This document shows, one piece after another, positions 32,359 to 44,246 of a stretch of 64,000 bases of DNA; position 1 is the stretch's first letter; every line of letters begins with the position of its first letter. This DNA is from Escherichia coli (GTDB lineage Bacteria; Pseudomonadota; Gammaproteobacteria; Enterobacterales; Enterobacteriaceae). Below the pieces are notes generated by a model. It saw only the letters and a list, made by a program, of their open reading frames with translations, did not search any database and had not been told where the DNA came from. The position numbers and the translations under genes were made by a program. The stretch is taken from assembly GCF_044324875.1 (NCBI RefSeq), contig NZ_CP172185.1. One strand, written 5' to 3'.

Positions 32359-33894
32359 TTAGTGTTTCTTGTCATTCATCACAATATAGTGTGGTGAACG
32401 TGCACGCGGGTGCAGGAAGAAGTGACCTTTTGGTGCGTTCTGACTGTTGATTGGCTCCAGAGTGACGCCGGTATTCCCTTTGCCTTTACGATCATGAACA
32501 GCATAGAGAATAAAGGGCAGGGCAAGTACCACCAGGAAACTAACGACCAGTAATTCAACATACATATCGGTAGAGTCACCCTGGATGTTATCCGGCGGCA
32601 GGAAGGAAACAATAAACGCCATAATTGAAGTCAGCAGACCGACAACAGCCACGACCAGTTTCACCCCTTTACCACCAGGGATATTAAATGTGCGTTTTAA
32701 GTCAGGATGTTTAAGAACCAACACAATGTAGCCAATAAACAGCATGAAATAAGCACACAGATAAATCACCACCGTCAGCGCCAGTGCGATCAGGAAGGAC
32801 ATGTTGTTACCGCCACCGGTATTGGTGAGGATGATCAACGCGATAGAAGTAATCACCAGCTGCGAAATGACCAGCGTTACCGGTACGCCATTTTTGTTCA
32901 TTTTAGCGAATGCTGCTGGCAGCAGGTTTTTCTGCGCTGTGACATACATCCCGCGAGAAGGACCAACAATCCAGGAGGCGATTTCCGCCAGAACACCCAG
33001 CAACAGCAGTGCGGAGATCACGCGAACCGTCCACTCAATTTCCGGTGCCACATGGGACATCAGAACGGTAAAGGTTTGCATTACACCTGCGGAGAGGTTG
33101 ATTTCATTACCCGGAATGACCATCGCAATAGACAAACCGCCAACAGAGCTTAAGCAGATTGCCGCCACCATCAGCAGTAACATAGCCAGTGGATAGTCGC
33201 GCCCTGGATTGCTCATTTCATTGACGTGGGTTGCGGAAGCTTCAACGCCCATATAACTCAAAATGAAGGCAACAAATACAACCAGGGTGCCCACTTTAGA
33301 GAAGTCAGGGAAGAAGGTCTTCGAATCCATTTCGATAGCAACGGGGGCACCGGAGTGCAGATAAATAGCCGCTAATGCGATCAAAATAAATGCAGGTAAC
33401 AGGATACCGGCGAAGAAGCCAACTTTAGCAATTCGCGCCGTGTATTTCGTGCCACCAAACTGCGTTAATGCCAGCGCCCAAAGAATGATGAGTGCTGCAA
33501 TAGTTTTGGTAATGGGGTCTTCATTCAGCGCTGGCCATTTCAGGATGTAGGAGAGTGCCCCTAACACGAAATAGAGCATCGGAATAAAACCAATGGCGAT
33601 TTGCAGATAGCCAAATGAGATCGCTGCAAATCCCCACCTCGGCCCCAGAGTATTTGATACCCAGGCGAAGACACCACCTTCTTCCCAGCCGTCGACGGTG
33701 GCCATTTCCGCAGCACAAAGTCCCACGGGAATAAACCATAAAATCCCGCCTAATAGCAGGAAGAAGACTAATGAAAAGCCCGATGTTGCGAAGGTAGGGT
33801 ATTCATAAACAGCCATTACCATCGATGCCGTTATGGCAAAGAATCCGAGTAATGTGAGCTGCTTAGCTTTACCTGTCTGTACTGATGTAGCCAT
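32359..33894 (-). CDS. gadC: Glutamate:GABA antiporter
   Basis: 511 aa, 12 TM APC-family transporter; immediately downstream of gadB. Confidence 0.93.
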   Translation of the reverse strand: MATSVQTGKAKQLTLLGFFAITASMVMAVYEYPTFATSGFSLVFFLLLGGILWFIPVGLCAAEMATVDGWEEGGVFAWVSNTLGPRWGFAAISFGYLQIAIGFIPMLYFVLGALSYILKWPALNEDPITKTIAALIILWALALTQFGGTKYTARIAKVGFFAGILLPAFILIALAAIYLHSGAPVAIEMDSKTFFPDFSKVGTLVVFVAFILSYMGVEASATHVNEMSNPGRDYPLAMLLLMVAAICLSSVGGLSIAMVIPGNEINLSAGVMQTFTVLMSHVAPEIEWTVRVISALLLLGVLAEIASWIVGPSRGMYVTAQKNLLPAAFAKMNKNGVPVTLVISQLVITSIALIILTNTGGGNNMSFLIALALTVVIYLCAYFMLFIGYIVLVLKHPDLKRTFNIPGGKGVKLVVAVVGLLTSIMAFIVSFLPPDNIQGDSTDMYVELLVVSFLVVLALPFILYAVHDRKGKGNTGVTLEPINSQNAPKGHFFLHPRARSPHYIVMNDKKH

Positions 33895-34049
33895 ATTATC
33901 CCCCTAAAACGGTATTCCTGTCGGAACCGCACCTGTTTTGTTCTGAAGCGTATTCAGAACAATATTTTCCGTTGCTAATGCCAGTGAACAGACTTTGGAA
34001 ATTGTCCCGAAACGGGTTCGTTTCGGGACACCGTTACCGTTAAACGTTA

Positions 34050-35450
34050 TCAGGTATGTTTAAAGCTGTTCTGCTGGGCAATACCCTGCAGTTTCGGGTG
34101 GTCGCTGAGATATTTCAGGGAGGCTTTGTAGTCTTCCAGCAACAGTTCAGCAAAGTCCATTTCGAAGCCGCGACGACACATAATGCGCATCACCACGATG
34201 TCGGTGGCTTCACCGCCAAGAGTGAAGGCCGGAACCTGCCAGCCGCGCAGACGCAGACGTTCAGAGAGGTCGTACAGGGTGTATCCCGGATCTTCACCAT
34301 CTTTCAGTTTGAAGCAAACCGCCGGGATGCCTTCGTCCGGGCGACCGGTACAGATGAACTCATACGGCCCCAGTTTGGCGATTTCATCCGCCAGATAAGC
34401 GGCAACCTGGTAAGAGGCGTTCTGTACTTTGGTATAGCCTTCACGACCGAGGCGCAGGAATTCATAGTACTGTGCAATTACCTGACCCGCCGGGCGGGAG
34501 AAGTTGATGGCGAAAGTCCCAATCTGACCACCGAGGTAGTCAACGTTGAACACCAGTTCCTGCGGCAGCGCTTCTTCATCACGCCAGATAACCCAGCCGC
34601 AGCCCAGCGGAGCCAGACCGAATTTATGGCCTGAAGCACTGATCGATTTCACACGCGGCAGGCGGAAGTCCCAGACGATATCCGGGGCGACGAACGGTGC
34701 CAGGAAGCCACCGCTGGCGGCGTCGATGTGCATGTCGATGTCGATACCGGTGTCGGCCTGGAATTTATCCAGCGCATCGTGCAGCGGTTGCGGGAACTCA
34801 TAGTTACCGGTGTAGGTCACGCCGAAAGTCGGCACCACGCCGATGGTGTTTTCGTCGCAGGCTTCAATCATGCGTTTCGGGTCCATAAACAACTGACCGG
34901 GGCGCATAGGGATCTCACGCAGCTCCACATCCCAGTAGCGGGCGAATTTATGCCAGCAGATTTGCACCGGACCGCACACCAGGTTTGGTTTATCCGTTGG
35001 TTTGCCTGCAGCTTCCATACGCTTGCGCCAACGCCATTTCATCGCCATCCCGCCGAGCATACAGGCCTCGGAAGAACCAATGGTGTTGGTGCCAACGGCC
35101 TGACCATTTTTCGGCGCAGGCGCATGCCACAGATCGGCAACCATGTTTACGCAACGCAGGTCGATGGCTGCAGATTGCGGATATTCTTCTTTGTCGATCC
35201 AGTTTTTGTTAATGGATAAATCCATCAACTTGTGGACATTTTCGTCGTCCCAGGTCTGGCAGAAAGTGGCCAGGTTCTGACGAGCGTTGCCATCAAGATA
35301 TAATTCGTCATTGATAATCTGAAATGCGACATCGTCGCGCATTTCGTGCAGCGGAAAACGTTTTGATTCTGCGATAGTGGAAATAGACTTCGCACCAAAA
35401 CGTGAATCGAGTAGTTCCGACCTTAAATCCGTTACTAGCTTCTTATCCAT
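34050..35450 (-). CDS. gadB: Glutamate decarboxylase beta (PLP-dependent)
   Basis: ORF 34050-35519; start set at ATG 35450 ([23 protein letters not shown]) with GGAG ribosome-binding site; 466 aa; [13 protein letters not shown]-lysine motif; called gadB rather than gadA because gadC follows. Confidence 0.93.
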   Translation of the reverse strand: MDKKLVTDLRSELLDSRFGAKSISTIAESKRFPLHEMRDDVAFQIINDELYLDGNARQNLATFCQTWDDENVHKLMDLSINKNWIDKEEYPQSAAIDLRCVNMVADLWHAPAPKNGQAVGTNTIGSSEACMLGGMAMKWRWRKRMEAAGKPTDKPNLVCGPVQICWHKFARYWDVELREIPMRPGQLFMDPKRMIEACDENTIGVVPTFGVTYTGNYEFPQPLHDALDKFQADTGIDIDMHIDAASGGFLAPFVAPDIVWDFRLPRVKSISASGHKFGLAPLGCGWVIWRDEEALPQELVFNVDYLGGQIGTFAINFSRPAGQVIAQYYEFLRLGREGYTKVQNASYQVAAYLADEIAKLGPYEFICTGRPDEGIPAVCFKLKDGEDPGYTLYDLSERLRLRGWQVPAFTLGGEATDIVVMRIMCRRGFEMDFAELLLEDYKASLKYLSDHPKLQGIAQQNSFKHT

Positions 35451-35529
35451 TTTAAACTCCTTAAAATGATTGGATCGCATTAAAAAAGTAGGATTTATCG
35501 ATAAAGTAAGCAAGTGCAAAGGACTCGTG

Positions 35530-35549
35530 TTTAAATAACAAAATCCTAA
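35530..35549 (-). promoter_or_regulatory. GAD box (GadE/RcsB binding site) upstream of gadB
   Basis: Minus-strand sequence TTAGGATTTTGTTATTTAAA, identical to the 20-bp gad box consensus as I recall it, ~80-100 bp upstream of the gadB start. Confidence 0.8.
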
Positions 35550-35811
35550 TGTTATTTATCGTGAGATATTATGCGAATAATATTTTTTCATTGAAAATCA
35601 ATACATTATTGAATTATTGGGTGGTAGCAAGGTGTTTTGTGTTGTTATTTTTATGCACTTTCTACGCCTCCTGAATTATCACGTAAAAATCAGACCTTAA
35701 AATATCACTATTAGTACTTGGTTATTATTTTGAACGCATTTATAAAATTATTACATAAAAATAGCGAATATTGATAAAATCCCCGCCAACGATGTGTTGA
35801 CGGGGCTGTTA

Positions 35812-38595
35812 TTATTTTGGCAATAATACTCCGGTATAGGTATTCACCGGATGAGAAAGATATTGTTTAACGGCAGTGTTAACATTCTCTACCGTCATTT
35901 GTTTCAATAATTGCTCCTGCTCAGTCCATGCTGCAGGATCGTCATATTGAATAAGACTATTTACAATGGTGTTCGCTAATTGTTGAACGCTACGCTGTTG
36001 GATATCGAGGCTGCGCTGAACGTTTTGCTGGTATTCGTTCAGTTCTTGCTCACTGATCCCTTTAGCCAGACGCTTAACCATCACTTCATTCGCTAACGTT
36101 AACAGTTCATCATGTCGTTCCGGTTGACAAGTAAAAGCCAGCAAATGACTGATATCTTTGGCCTGAGGATCAACCGAGAGGCGAGAAGAAACGCTGTATG
36201 CCCCAGAGGCCTGTTCACGAATATTAACGCGTAGATCTTTTGCCAGTGCGACGTTAAAAGCATCGAGCGCCATACGCGTCTCCAGATTAACCGGTGTCCG
36301 GGAATCATAACGCTTCCACTGTGAAACCTGTGCCACAGGTTCATTTTGTTCTTTTACAGTAACCGATGCGTTGTCCGTCGCGCGAGTTAATGGTTTACCT
36401 GCGGCTAATGGCGAATCAGAGTGTTTGATTGATCCTAAGTAAAGCGTAATTAACGGCAGGAGTTTGTCTTCTGCGACATTACCGACAATGACAAACGTGA
36501 TATCCGCTGGAGATGAAAACAACTGGCGATCGGCAGCCAGCGCATCTGCGGCAGTAAACTGTGCAATCTGATTTTCTTGCAGTAATTTCGTGCGGTCATC
36601 AGCATAGCGCGTCTCATACATCTGCTGGGCGAATTTCTCCGCTGGACGCTGGTCGAGCGTTTTCAACGCCTGAATTTGAGCATTTTGTAGCGATGCCCAA
36701 ATATTATCGTTAATCGTGCTGTGGGTGATTCGCTGGTTAATCAACTGGAAACCAGGTTCAGGGTTATTAGTCCGCGCGCTAACAGAGAGCAATGTATTCA
36801 TGCCACTGACTTTACTGCTCAAGGTTACCGAGTTTTCCGCACTCCAGCGTTTCAGGCTGGAAGAGGAGAGTTCACCAACGCCGCTTCCGCTTACTGCTTT
36901 ATTTGCCAGCGCGATAAGTGATTTTTGCTGCGCAGGGAAACTTAAATCGCCTTTATAAGATACGGCAGTAATTTGTAGCTTTTGCTCTTCACCCGCGGAT
37001 TTTGCCAGAATAACCCTGGCACCATTGGAAAGTGTTAATGATGTCAGATTCTCAGCCAGCGTTTCTTTGCTGCTAATTTCCGCCTGTGGGTCAGCGTCTA
37101 CTGTTAACGATAAATTTCTGCCTGGGAAGATGTAAGCCGCCAGCTTTTTGTTGGCGTACTCTTTTTCCAGCGCCAGGATAGCCGCAGGAGACAATGCTTT
37201 TTTGGCAGCAACCTCATTGTTTACCATTTGCTCCCAAAATGCATCCTGGTTCTTTCTTAACTGCTGCCATTTTTCCGCCAGACTTTGCACGGTAATTTGC
37301 TGCCACAGACGTTTCGAAAGTTGATATGTCTCTTCCGGCGACAAGAACGGCGTATTATTTAATGAGCTGGATGCCAGGCGACTGGTCAGCATACGTAAAT
37401 CACGTTCAGCTTGCTGATCAACCGCATTTTTCAGCCAGGTGAGGCGGGTAGATTTGACATCATCGAGTTCTTCAGCAGAAAAACCATGCTGATCAATAGT
37501 TGCCAACTCTGCCATTAATGCATTCGCAGCATCCTGCATATTATCGTCTCGTGCATTTACACGGAAAAACAGCGACTGATAATCGGGTGCAATTTTAACG
37601 CTGCGCGCAGTGCCGCCAGAAATAGTCTTCAACTCGCCCGACTGTATGCGTTCCTGCAGACGCTGATTGAACAGCTGAACCAACATGCTCCATTCAGCTT
37701 GTTCGATAAAGCTTTGCTCATCGCTCACTTGCACCATTGGCAGGCGATAATAGAGTGCGATGCCGTTCACCCGGTTTTCTTTATCATTAATGATATTAAA
37801 GCGCAGGTGGTTTTCGGCTTTTGTCGGCCAGACGCGATTTTCAGCTGCTTTGTTAGCCGGAAGCTTACTTAAATTATCCTTAATCAGCGCCAGCGCTTCT
37901 TTACTGTCGATATCGCCGACCACGATAAAGGTCATATTATTTGGTTGATACCAGCGTTGATAAAATTGGCGCAATTGTGCCGGTGTGACCGTAGCGACAG
38001 TATCCATCACGCCGATAGGTTCACGGTCTAAATTACGGGTATTTGCCAGCAGGAAAGGGCGGCGCGCCTGAGAGGTGCGCCATTTCGCATCCTGATGGGC
38101 ACGCCATTCCTCAGTAATTACGCCGCGTTCAGCGTCTACTTCGAGTTTTTCAAAGCTTGCGGCATTACTCCATTCACTAAAGATTGCCATCACTTGTTGC
38201 AGATTTTGTTTCTGCGTAGTCGGCAAACTCACCTGATACACCGTTTCGTCATAGCTGGTATAGGCATTAACATCGCGACCAAAACGCAGGCCCATTGACT
38301 CAAATGTTTCGATGACTTTATTACCCGGCCATGTTTTTGTGCCGTTAAACATCATATGTTCTACAAAATGAGCCACGCCGCGCTCATTGTCCTCTTCCTG
38401 CAATGAACCGGTATGAATTTGCAGCCATAAATTTACCTGATCCTTTGGTTGAGCATGCGGATAAATCATATATCGCAAGCCATTGTCCAGTTGCCCGGTA
38501 ATTAACTTTTCATCCTGCGGTAAGGCGGCGGCAATCAGTCGCCCGGGGAGCAACAGAGTTGCCACTAACGTCAGTAAGAAACAGAGGTTTCTCAT
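35812..38595 (-). CDS. pqqL: Periplasmic M16-family zinc metallopeptidase
   Basis: ORF 35812-38622; start set at ATG 38595 (MRNLCFLLTLVATLLLPG, signal peptide) with GGAG ribosome-binding site; HFVEH inverted zinc-binding motif. Confidence 0.9.
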   Translation of the reverse strand: MRNLCFLLTLVATLLLPGRLIAAALPQDEKLITGQLDNGLRYMIYPHAQPKDQVNLWLQIHTGSLQEEDNERGVAHFVEHMMFNGTKTWPGNKVIETFESMGLRFGRDVNAYTSYDETVYQVSLPTTQKQNLQQVMAIFSEWSNAASFEKLEVDAERGVITEEWRAHQDAKWRTSQARRPFLLANTRNLDREPIGVMDTVATVTPAQLRQFYQRWYQPNNMTFIVVGDIDSKEALALIKDNLSKLPANKAAENRVWPTKAENHLRFNIINDKENRVNGIALYYRLPMVQVSDEQSFIEQAEWSMLVQLFNQRLQERIQSGELKTISGGTARSVKIAPDYQSLFFRVNARDDNMQDAANALMAELATIDQHGFSAEELDDVKSTRLTWLKNAVDQQAERDLRMLTSRLASSSLNNTPFLSPEETYQLSKRLWQQITVQSLAEKWQQLRKNQDAFWEQMVNNEVAAKKALSPAAILALEKEYANKKLAAYIFPGRNLSLTVDADPQAEISSKETLAENLTSLTLSNGARVILAKSAGEEQKLQITAVSYKGDLSFPAQQKSLIALANKAVSGSGVGELSSSSLKRWSAENSVTLSSKVSGMNTLLSVSARTNNPEPGFQLINQRITHSTINDNIWASLQNAQIQALKTLDQRPAEKFAQQMYETRYADDRTKLLQENQIAQFTAADALAADRQLFSSPADITFVIVGNVAEDKLLPLITLYLGSIKHSDSPLAAGKPLTRATDNASVTVKEQNEPVAQVSQWKRYDSRTPVNLETRMALDAFNVALAKDLRVNIREQASGAYSVSSRLSVDPQAKDISHLLAFTCQPERHDELLTLANEVMVKRLAKGISEQELNEYQQNVQRSLDIQQRSVQQLANTIVNSLIQYDDPAAWTEQEQLLKQMTVENVNTAVKQYLSHPVNTYTGVLLPK

Positions 38596-38651
38596 AATTA
38601 TCTCCATGCGAAAACCGGGCAAATTTACCCGGTTAAGTAAAATCCGAACTA

Positions 38652-41024
38652 TTAAAATTTCATGCTGACATCAAGCCAGAAAGTACGGCCACTGGCGTAG
38701 GTCGCCACACCGGTATTCGTTGTATCAACCGCGGTTTTGCTATCCAGTACATTGAGAATATCGGCACTGATCGTCAGGTTTTGTTGTTTCAGAAATTGTG
38801 GCGTCCAGGACAAGCGGGTGTCCCAGGTCAGGCTGCTATCCAGTTTTTCGTCAACATACTGCTTGTAATCTGAATATTCGCTGATGTATTGCGCATTCGT
38901 CTTACCCAGGATAATGCGAGCTTTACGCGCTTCTTGCCAGGTCAGCGTATTCGCCCACACCAACCCGCTCGGTTGATGCGTGAAATCCATGTTTAAGGAG
39001 ATCTTTAGTGGATTATTAAAATCCGCCACTGGAACGCTATCGTAAGAGACCAGATTACCGTTATAAACCACCCGGTTATCACCGGTATTGCTCTCCTCAT
39101 AACCATTGTTTAACGACAAGTTGCCCTTGCTCTTGATATAGCTAAAGACAATTTGCGGGTTAATATCTACCTGGCTGATATGCAGGGGTTCGGCCAGTTC
39201 AAAACTGAGGTTGAACGAATGCGTTTTGGTTTTGCCGTCGTTGTTATATTCAGTAATGGTGGTTTTAGTCGCGCTGTCGGTACGACTGCTTTTACTGATT
39301 TGATCATGCGCTTCACGATAAACATAGTTTGCACGCGCAATAACGTTCTTACCGATTTTCTGCTGCAACCCCATTGCCAGTTCATCGTTATAAGGCGTTT
39401 TCAAATCCTGATAACGCGTCAGGGTTTTATTGCCTGATACCGATTCCGTCCAGCTATTGCGGATATCACGTAATCCCATATCAAGAATATTCCCGCCATA
39501 GTAACGGTTATAACCTGCGGTAATCATTGAGGTTTGATCAGCAAAAATATCCCATTCCGTCATAAATCGCGGGGAGATATTGTGGTTTGACAGATAGTTG
39601 TCATAGTCATACCGCACACCGGGCATTAACGACACATTCCGCCAGCTAATGCGATCCGCCATATACAGCGTGTAGTTGTCAATTCCCAGACTGCCTTTAC
39701 CTTTATGGTAAATGGTATGGTTAGTTTTCTTTCCTGCAGCATTAATCACATAGGATTCAGACTGGTTATGGCGTTCAGTCCAAGCATCGGAATAGATGTA
39801 TTCCGCGCCGAAGTAGGGTTGATGCGAAACATTACCCACGGTGAATTTTTGCCAGTCCAGGCGTGTTTTGAAGGTGTAATTATCTACAGCCTGGGAAATG
39901 TGTCCTAATCCGCCACGGGTGCAACGCCCTGTAATATCACCATATGTACATGAAAGTTCGGTGTACCAGATGTCATGATCGTGACGGGTATAATCACTAA
40001 TATGATCCCGACCAACGGTGGTACGTAGTTTGGCCCTTGCGAGCTGCGTATCCATATCCCATGCCAGACCGTAGGATTTATTACCCATTTCACGATCAGA
40101 CTGCGGGAAGGTGCTGGTATTATAATCACGACTGGAGCCGGTATATTTTAATGTTAAATCGTGGGTAAAGCGGTCGCTGGCAAACCAGGTAAATTTGCTC
40201 ACTGCGGTATCGATAACGTTTTTATACTGTGCCCGACCGGCGACAATGCCGTCATTCGAAACATAATCCGCGCGGGTGATATCAGACTGGCGGCGCGATA
40301 AACCGGCGGTAACGCCGAAGTTATCAGCCAGTTCCTGATTAAACGACAAGGTATAAAAGTTCTTTTTAAAATCTGGAGAGTAATAAGTACTTCCTGAAGA
40401 ACCTTGATTAAATGCGCTCTTGTTATTCTCATCGATATGCGATGTTAACCAGTCCGAACGCGTAGTGCGATAACCCAGTTTCACGCTGCTATCATCAGCA
40501 TTGAAGCGTTTGATCTTTGCATCAATTACCCCGCCATTGAAGCGACCAAATTCAACCGGCACAAAACTGTCATAAAGCGTCACATTGTCAAGTAAGCTGA
40601 CATCTAGATAATACCCCTGTGACATCCCGCTAATATTGGTTGCACTACTGGCATCGGACTCATTCGCTGGGTTCAGGTTATTAGTTGCACTAATACCATC
40701 AATCAAATAGGCATTCTGGTAGGGCGACGCACCGTGAATAGAGATTTTCTCAGGGCGAATATCTCCCTGGTTCAATGAGGTACTTTGCGTTGAATCCATG
40801 CGTACCGCAGGGTTGGTTCTCAGCAGATCGCTGATATTGCCATTCCCGGTCGGTAAACGCTCGATGCTTTCACTGGTGTAATGCGTGTTGCCGTTTACGG
40901 GTACAGGGACAGGAGCATAGACCGTCATCTCTTCAAAAACATGCATGTACATGTTTTTGTCATCGACGGCCTGCGCCACATCAGCGCCACATAAAATGAC
41001 GCCAGGAATAAGAACTCGCTTCAT
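38652..41024 (-). CDS. yddB: TonB-dependent outer-membrane receptor
   Basis: 790 aa; signal peptide; N-terminal plug and C-terminal barrel ending in F. Confidence 0.9.
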   Translation of the reverse strand: MKRVLIPGVILCGADVAQAVDDKNMYMHVFEEMTVYAPVPVPVNGNTHYTSESIERLPTGNGNISDLLRTNPAVRMDSTQSTSLNQGDIRPEKISIHGASPYQNAYLIDGISATNNLNPANESDASSATNISGMSQGYYLDVSLLDNVTLYDSFVPVEFGRFNGGVIDAKIKRFNADDSSVKLGYRTTRSDWLTSHIDENNKSAFNQGSSGSTYYSPDFKKNFYTLSFNQELADNFGVTAGLSRRQSDITRADYVSNDGIVAGRAQYKNVIDTAVSKFTWFASDRFTHDLTLKYTGSSRDYNTSTFPQSDREMGNKSYGLAWDMDTQLARAKLRTTVGRDHISDYTRHDHDIWYTELSCTYGDITGRCTRGGLGHISQAVDNYTFKTRLDWQKFTVGNVSHQPYFGAEYIYSDAWTERHNQSESYVINAAGKKTNHTIYHKGKGSLGIDNYTLYMADRISWRNVSLMPGVRYDYDNYLSNHNISPRFMTEWDIFADQTSMITAGYNRYYGGNILDMGLRDIRNSWTESVSGNKTLTRYQDLKTPYNDELAMGLQQKIGKNVIARANYVYREAHDQISKSSRTDSATKTTITEYNNDGKTKTHSFNLSFELAEPLHISQVDINPQIVFSYIKSKGNLSLNNGYEESNTGDNRVVYNGNLVSYDSVPVADFNNPLKISLNMDFTHQPSGLVWANTLTWQEARKARIILGKTNAQYISEYSDYKQYVDEKLDSSLTWDTRLSWTPQFLKQQNLTISADILNVLDSKTAVDTTNTGVATYASGRTFWLDVSMKF

Positions 41025-41061
41025 TTATTTTTATCTCCGTACAGCAGGGCTTTTATTGTTT

Positions 41062-42747
41062 TTATAAAACCGCGCTAATGTCACAAATATCATCAGCCAG
41101 GTTCCAGACACCGGGTTGATGTGTAACCATAATGACGCCGCTTGTGGGTAGTTTTTCACGCACTAAACGCAGTAAGCGGATAGCCTCTTGTTCCTCAAGA
41201 TGAGAGGTAGTTTCGTCAAGAAATATCCATTTCGGACGTCGTAAAATTAATCGTGCCAGGGCGATACGTTGTTTTTCGCCGCTGGAAAGAATATCTCCCC
41301 AGCGATCGTGGTCATGAATACGCGCAGCCAATTTCCCCAGACCAACCTGATGCAGTATTTCGCTCAACGATTTATCGTCTACGGGCAGGGGAAGTGCTTT
41401 ACAAATAATCTCTTTCAGTAAGCCGGTTTTGATTAACGGTGTTTGTGACACATACCAACTGTCAGCAGGAGAAGAAATATCACCTTTGAACCACGGCCAG
41501 CAGTGGGATAATGTTTTAAGCAGTGTGGTTTTTCCCGCACCAGAGTAACCTTTCAGTAATAGCCATTTGCCTGGCGAAACATGAAAGTTCAGGTTCTCTA
41601 ATATGATCTTATTATCAGGAGTACGAATACTCGCGTCAGCCACTTGTACCGCATGTTGGCAATTTTTAGGCTTATTCGTAGGGCGCTGTTCGGTGAGTTG
41701 ATGGAACTCATACAAACGATCGATAACAGCAGCCAGTTCAGCAAGTTCGTCATATTTATAAATAAACCAGCTTAAATTGTTCGATACCAGCATAAATGCC
41801 TGGCGCGATTTCATCAGTCCGCCCAGATTGATCTGTCCGCTAATAAACTGTGGCAATAACAGAAAGTAGGGAAGAACGCTAAGCGAGCGCGAATAAATAT
41901 TCTGCCAGTAATCAAGCCAGCGCTGACGATTCATTAAACGATGCCAGTTCTCTTTAATGGTATGAAAATTGTCGCTCAACTCCTGGCGTTGTAAAGACTC
42001 AGCATTGCTTAGCGCAATCAGTTCTGCCTGCTTATTATGCTGCACAAGATTAGTTCGAAATGTCGCTTCGCTACGTTGTTTTTCCACATTAAGCGGACGA
42101 ATACGTTTACCAACCTTATGAGTAAATAAAGTTCCACCGATCACAATGAGCACAACGGTATAGACCATATACCCCTGGATATTCCATTCTGTTCCACCAA
42201 CAGTGAATGAGAGCGTACCCGCGCTTTGCCAAAGAATAACGGTAAAGGTGATCAACATGCTAAGTGACTGGATGAAGCCAAATGAAAGACTGAGCGTTTT
42301 GCTGATCAGTAAGAGAATGTCTTCAGCGATACGTTGGTCAGGGTTATCTGTATTTTTATGCTCACCGTAGATCTGCGTGAAGTAGTAGTTTTTATCTGCA
42401 AACCAGCGATTAAGGTAGTAATCTGTTAACCATTCGCGCCAGCGAATAGTCAGTAGTTTAATTAACCATGTTTTGTTTACGGATATTAATACAAAGATCC
42501 CCAGCAGGGCAGGGAACCAAAGAACAAGCTGCCAAAGCTTATCGGTTTCTTTCTGGCTTAGCGCATTGAAAAAATCATTATTCCAGTCGTTTAACCAGAC
42601 CTGAATTTTAACCACGCCAAGGATCATGGCGAGGATAATAATGATTAACAACACTGAAGTTTTATTATTCTTACGCAGCCAAAAGGGCTTCAGCAGACAG
42701 AGATACTTTGCTATCAACATACGAAACGTAATGGGAATGGTTATCAT
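41062..42747 (-). CDS. yddA: ABC transporter, fused permease and ATPase
   Basis: 561 aa; N-terminal TM domain and C-terminal NBD with Walker A GYSGAGKTT and signature LSSGEKQR. Confidence 0.9.
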   Translation of the reverse strand: MITIPITFRMLIAKYLCLLKPFWLRKNNKTSVLLIIIILAMILGVVKIQVWLNDWNNDFFNALSQKETDKLWQLVLWFPALLGIFVLISVNKTWLIKLLTIRWREWLTDYYLNRWFADKNYYFTQIYGEHKNTDNPDQRIAEDILLLISKTLSLSFGFIQSLSMLITFTVILWQSAGTLSFTVGGTEWNIQGYMVYTVVLIVIGGTLFTHKVGKRIRPLNVEKQRSEATFRTNLVQHNKQAELIALSNAESLQRQELSDNFHTIKENWHRLMNRQRWLDYWQNIYSRSLSVLPYFLLLPQFISGQINLGGLMKSRQAFMLVSNNLSWFIYKYDELAELAAVIDRLYEFHQLTEQRPTNKPKNCQHAVQVADASIRTPDNKIILENLNFHVSPGKWLLLKGYSGAGKTTLLKTLSHCWPWFKGDISSPADSWYVSQTPLIKTGLLKEIICKALPLPVDDKSLSEILHQVGLGKLAARIHDHDRWGDILSSGEKQRIALARLILRRPKWIFLDETTSHLEEQEAIRLLRLVREKLPTSGVIMVTHQPGVWNLADDICDISAVL

Positions 42748-43037
42748 TAGCGAAAATTGATTGTGCCATCCAATGATTATCTATGGCAATGATTTACTGA
42801 TGAAATTTATTTAAGTATCCTTTAACAATATGAAATATAAAGGAATATTTCATTTTCAGTGGTTATGGTTATGCTATTGATAATCAAGGATATTGCTAAT
42901 GCCCTGACGCATACCACGTAAGCCAGGATTTTCGCAAGGGAAGATGATGATGACGAAACACCCGACAGGAATATGTGTCGGGTGCATTGTTAAGGTCATA
43001 AGAAGGAGGCTAAGACTGGAGCTAAGAGGGAGCGTTA

Positions 43038-44210
43038 TTAATTATTCTCCATTTGTTTTGCAACATCCATGATGTGGTAAAGCGGTACTCTGTTCTTAGC
43101 TAACTCCACCATGGCGTTCATATAAGGTACCATGGTTGAAAAAAGGATTTTATAACCTTCGCAAAAATAAGAAACAGTCTCATTGTTTACTTTAGTAATA
43201 CGATGCTTAGGACAACCGCCATTGCAGATAGGTTTATATGCACATTGCTGACATTTCGCTGAAATCCGTTTTTTTTGCGCTGTCAGTTGTACACTGTTCA
43301 TTGTTTTGAGTTCAGATTTATTAATGTTTCCAATTTTGTACTGTGGATAGACAAAATGGTCGCATTCGTAAATGTCTCCATTACTTTCAACAACCAGATT
43401 ATCCTTGCAGGACTCCTGGAAAATACAACTGGTATGCCCATTCCCCAAAAAACGGCTGACAAAGCTTTCAAACTGACGGATGAAAATTTCACCCACATCG
43501 TTTTTAACCCATTGCATAAAAATGGTTGACATAAACTTGCCATAAGCCGTAGGAGGCACAGAAAAATCAATGATACGGAATGTGTTCTCACTATGACCAC
43601 TGAAATCAATATTCGGCGTCCCGGTTTCGAGCAATTCGATAAATTGCATATGTTTACTGCCGATAGATTTTAAAAAATGATAAACCTCAAGAGGGTAATG
43701 GACATTAATGTTATTAATGACGGTTAACGTATTAAACTCTACTTGATATGATTTCAGACGCTCGATGGCTGCTATCACTTTTGCAAAAGTACCGTTACCA
43801 GAATTACTGCGTCTGTAACGGTCATGTAGCTCCTGGGGTCCATCGATCGAGATACCAACCAGAAACTCATGTTCTTTGAGAAAGGCACACCATTCATTAT
43901 TCAATAAAATGCCATTCGTTTGTAATGCATTAAAAATACGTTTTTGGCCTGCATAGCGTTGTTGATAGTGAATAACTTTACGGAAAAAATCCAGACCAGC
44001 CAGAGTGGGTTCACCGCCTTGCCACGTAAAATAGACCTGATTGCCAGACGCTGCGATATATTGTTTGATGAACTCTTTCAGAGTGCTGTCATCCATCCAT
44101 TTTTCATGAGTAAACTGCGACTCTTTTTCAAGGTAAAAACAGTAATCACATTTGAGATTACATTGAAAACTGGAGGGCTTGGCTGTAACGTGCATCGCTA
44201 TCTCGCTCAA
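43038..44210 (-). CDS. ydeM: Radical-SAM anaerobic sulfatase-maturating enzyme homologue (AtsB-like)
   Basis: 390 aa ORF; [10 protein letters not shown] radical-SAM cluster motif plus C-terminal Cys-rich auxiliary cluster motifs; true start may be the ATG 5 codons downstream. Confidence 0.88.
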   Translation of the reverse strand: MSEIAMHVTAKPSSFQCNLKCDYCFYLEKESQFTHEKWMDDSTLKEFIKQYIAASGNQVYFTWQGGEPTLAGLDFFRKVIHYQQRYAGQKRIFNALQTNGILLNNEWCAFLKEHEFLVGISIDGPQELHDRYRRSNSGNGTFAKVIAAIERLKSYQVEFNTLTVINNINVHYPLEVYHFLKSIGSKHMQFIELLETGTPNIDFSGHSENTFRIIDFSVPPTAYGKFMSTIFMQWVKNDVGEIFIRQFESFVSRFLGNGHTSCIFQESCKDNLVVESNGDIYECDHFVYPQYKIGNINKSELKTMNSVQLTAQKKRISAKCQQCAYKPICNGGCPKHRITKVNNETVSYFCEGYKILFSTMVPYMNAMVELAKNRVPLYHIMDVAKQMENN

Positions 44211-44246
44211 TAAGGCGGCGGAAAAATCCGCCGCATGAAGGTTTAG

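Noticed and set aside
34056-35219. Plus-strand ORFs of 192 and 163 aa inside gadB
   Set aside because: Antisense to gadB; translations are low-complexity and lack start-site context.
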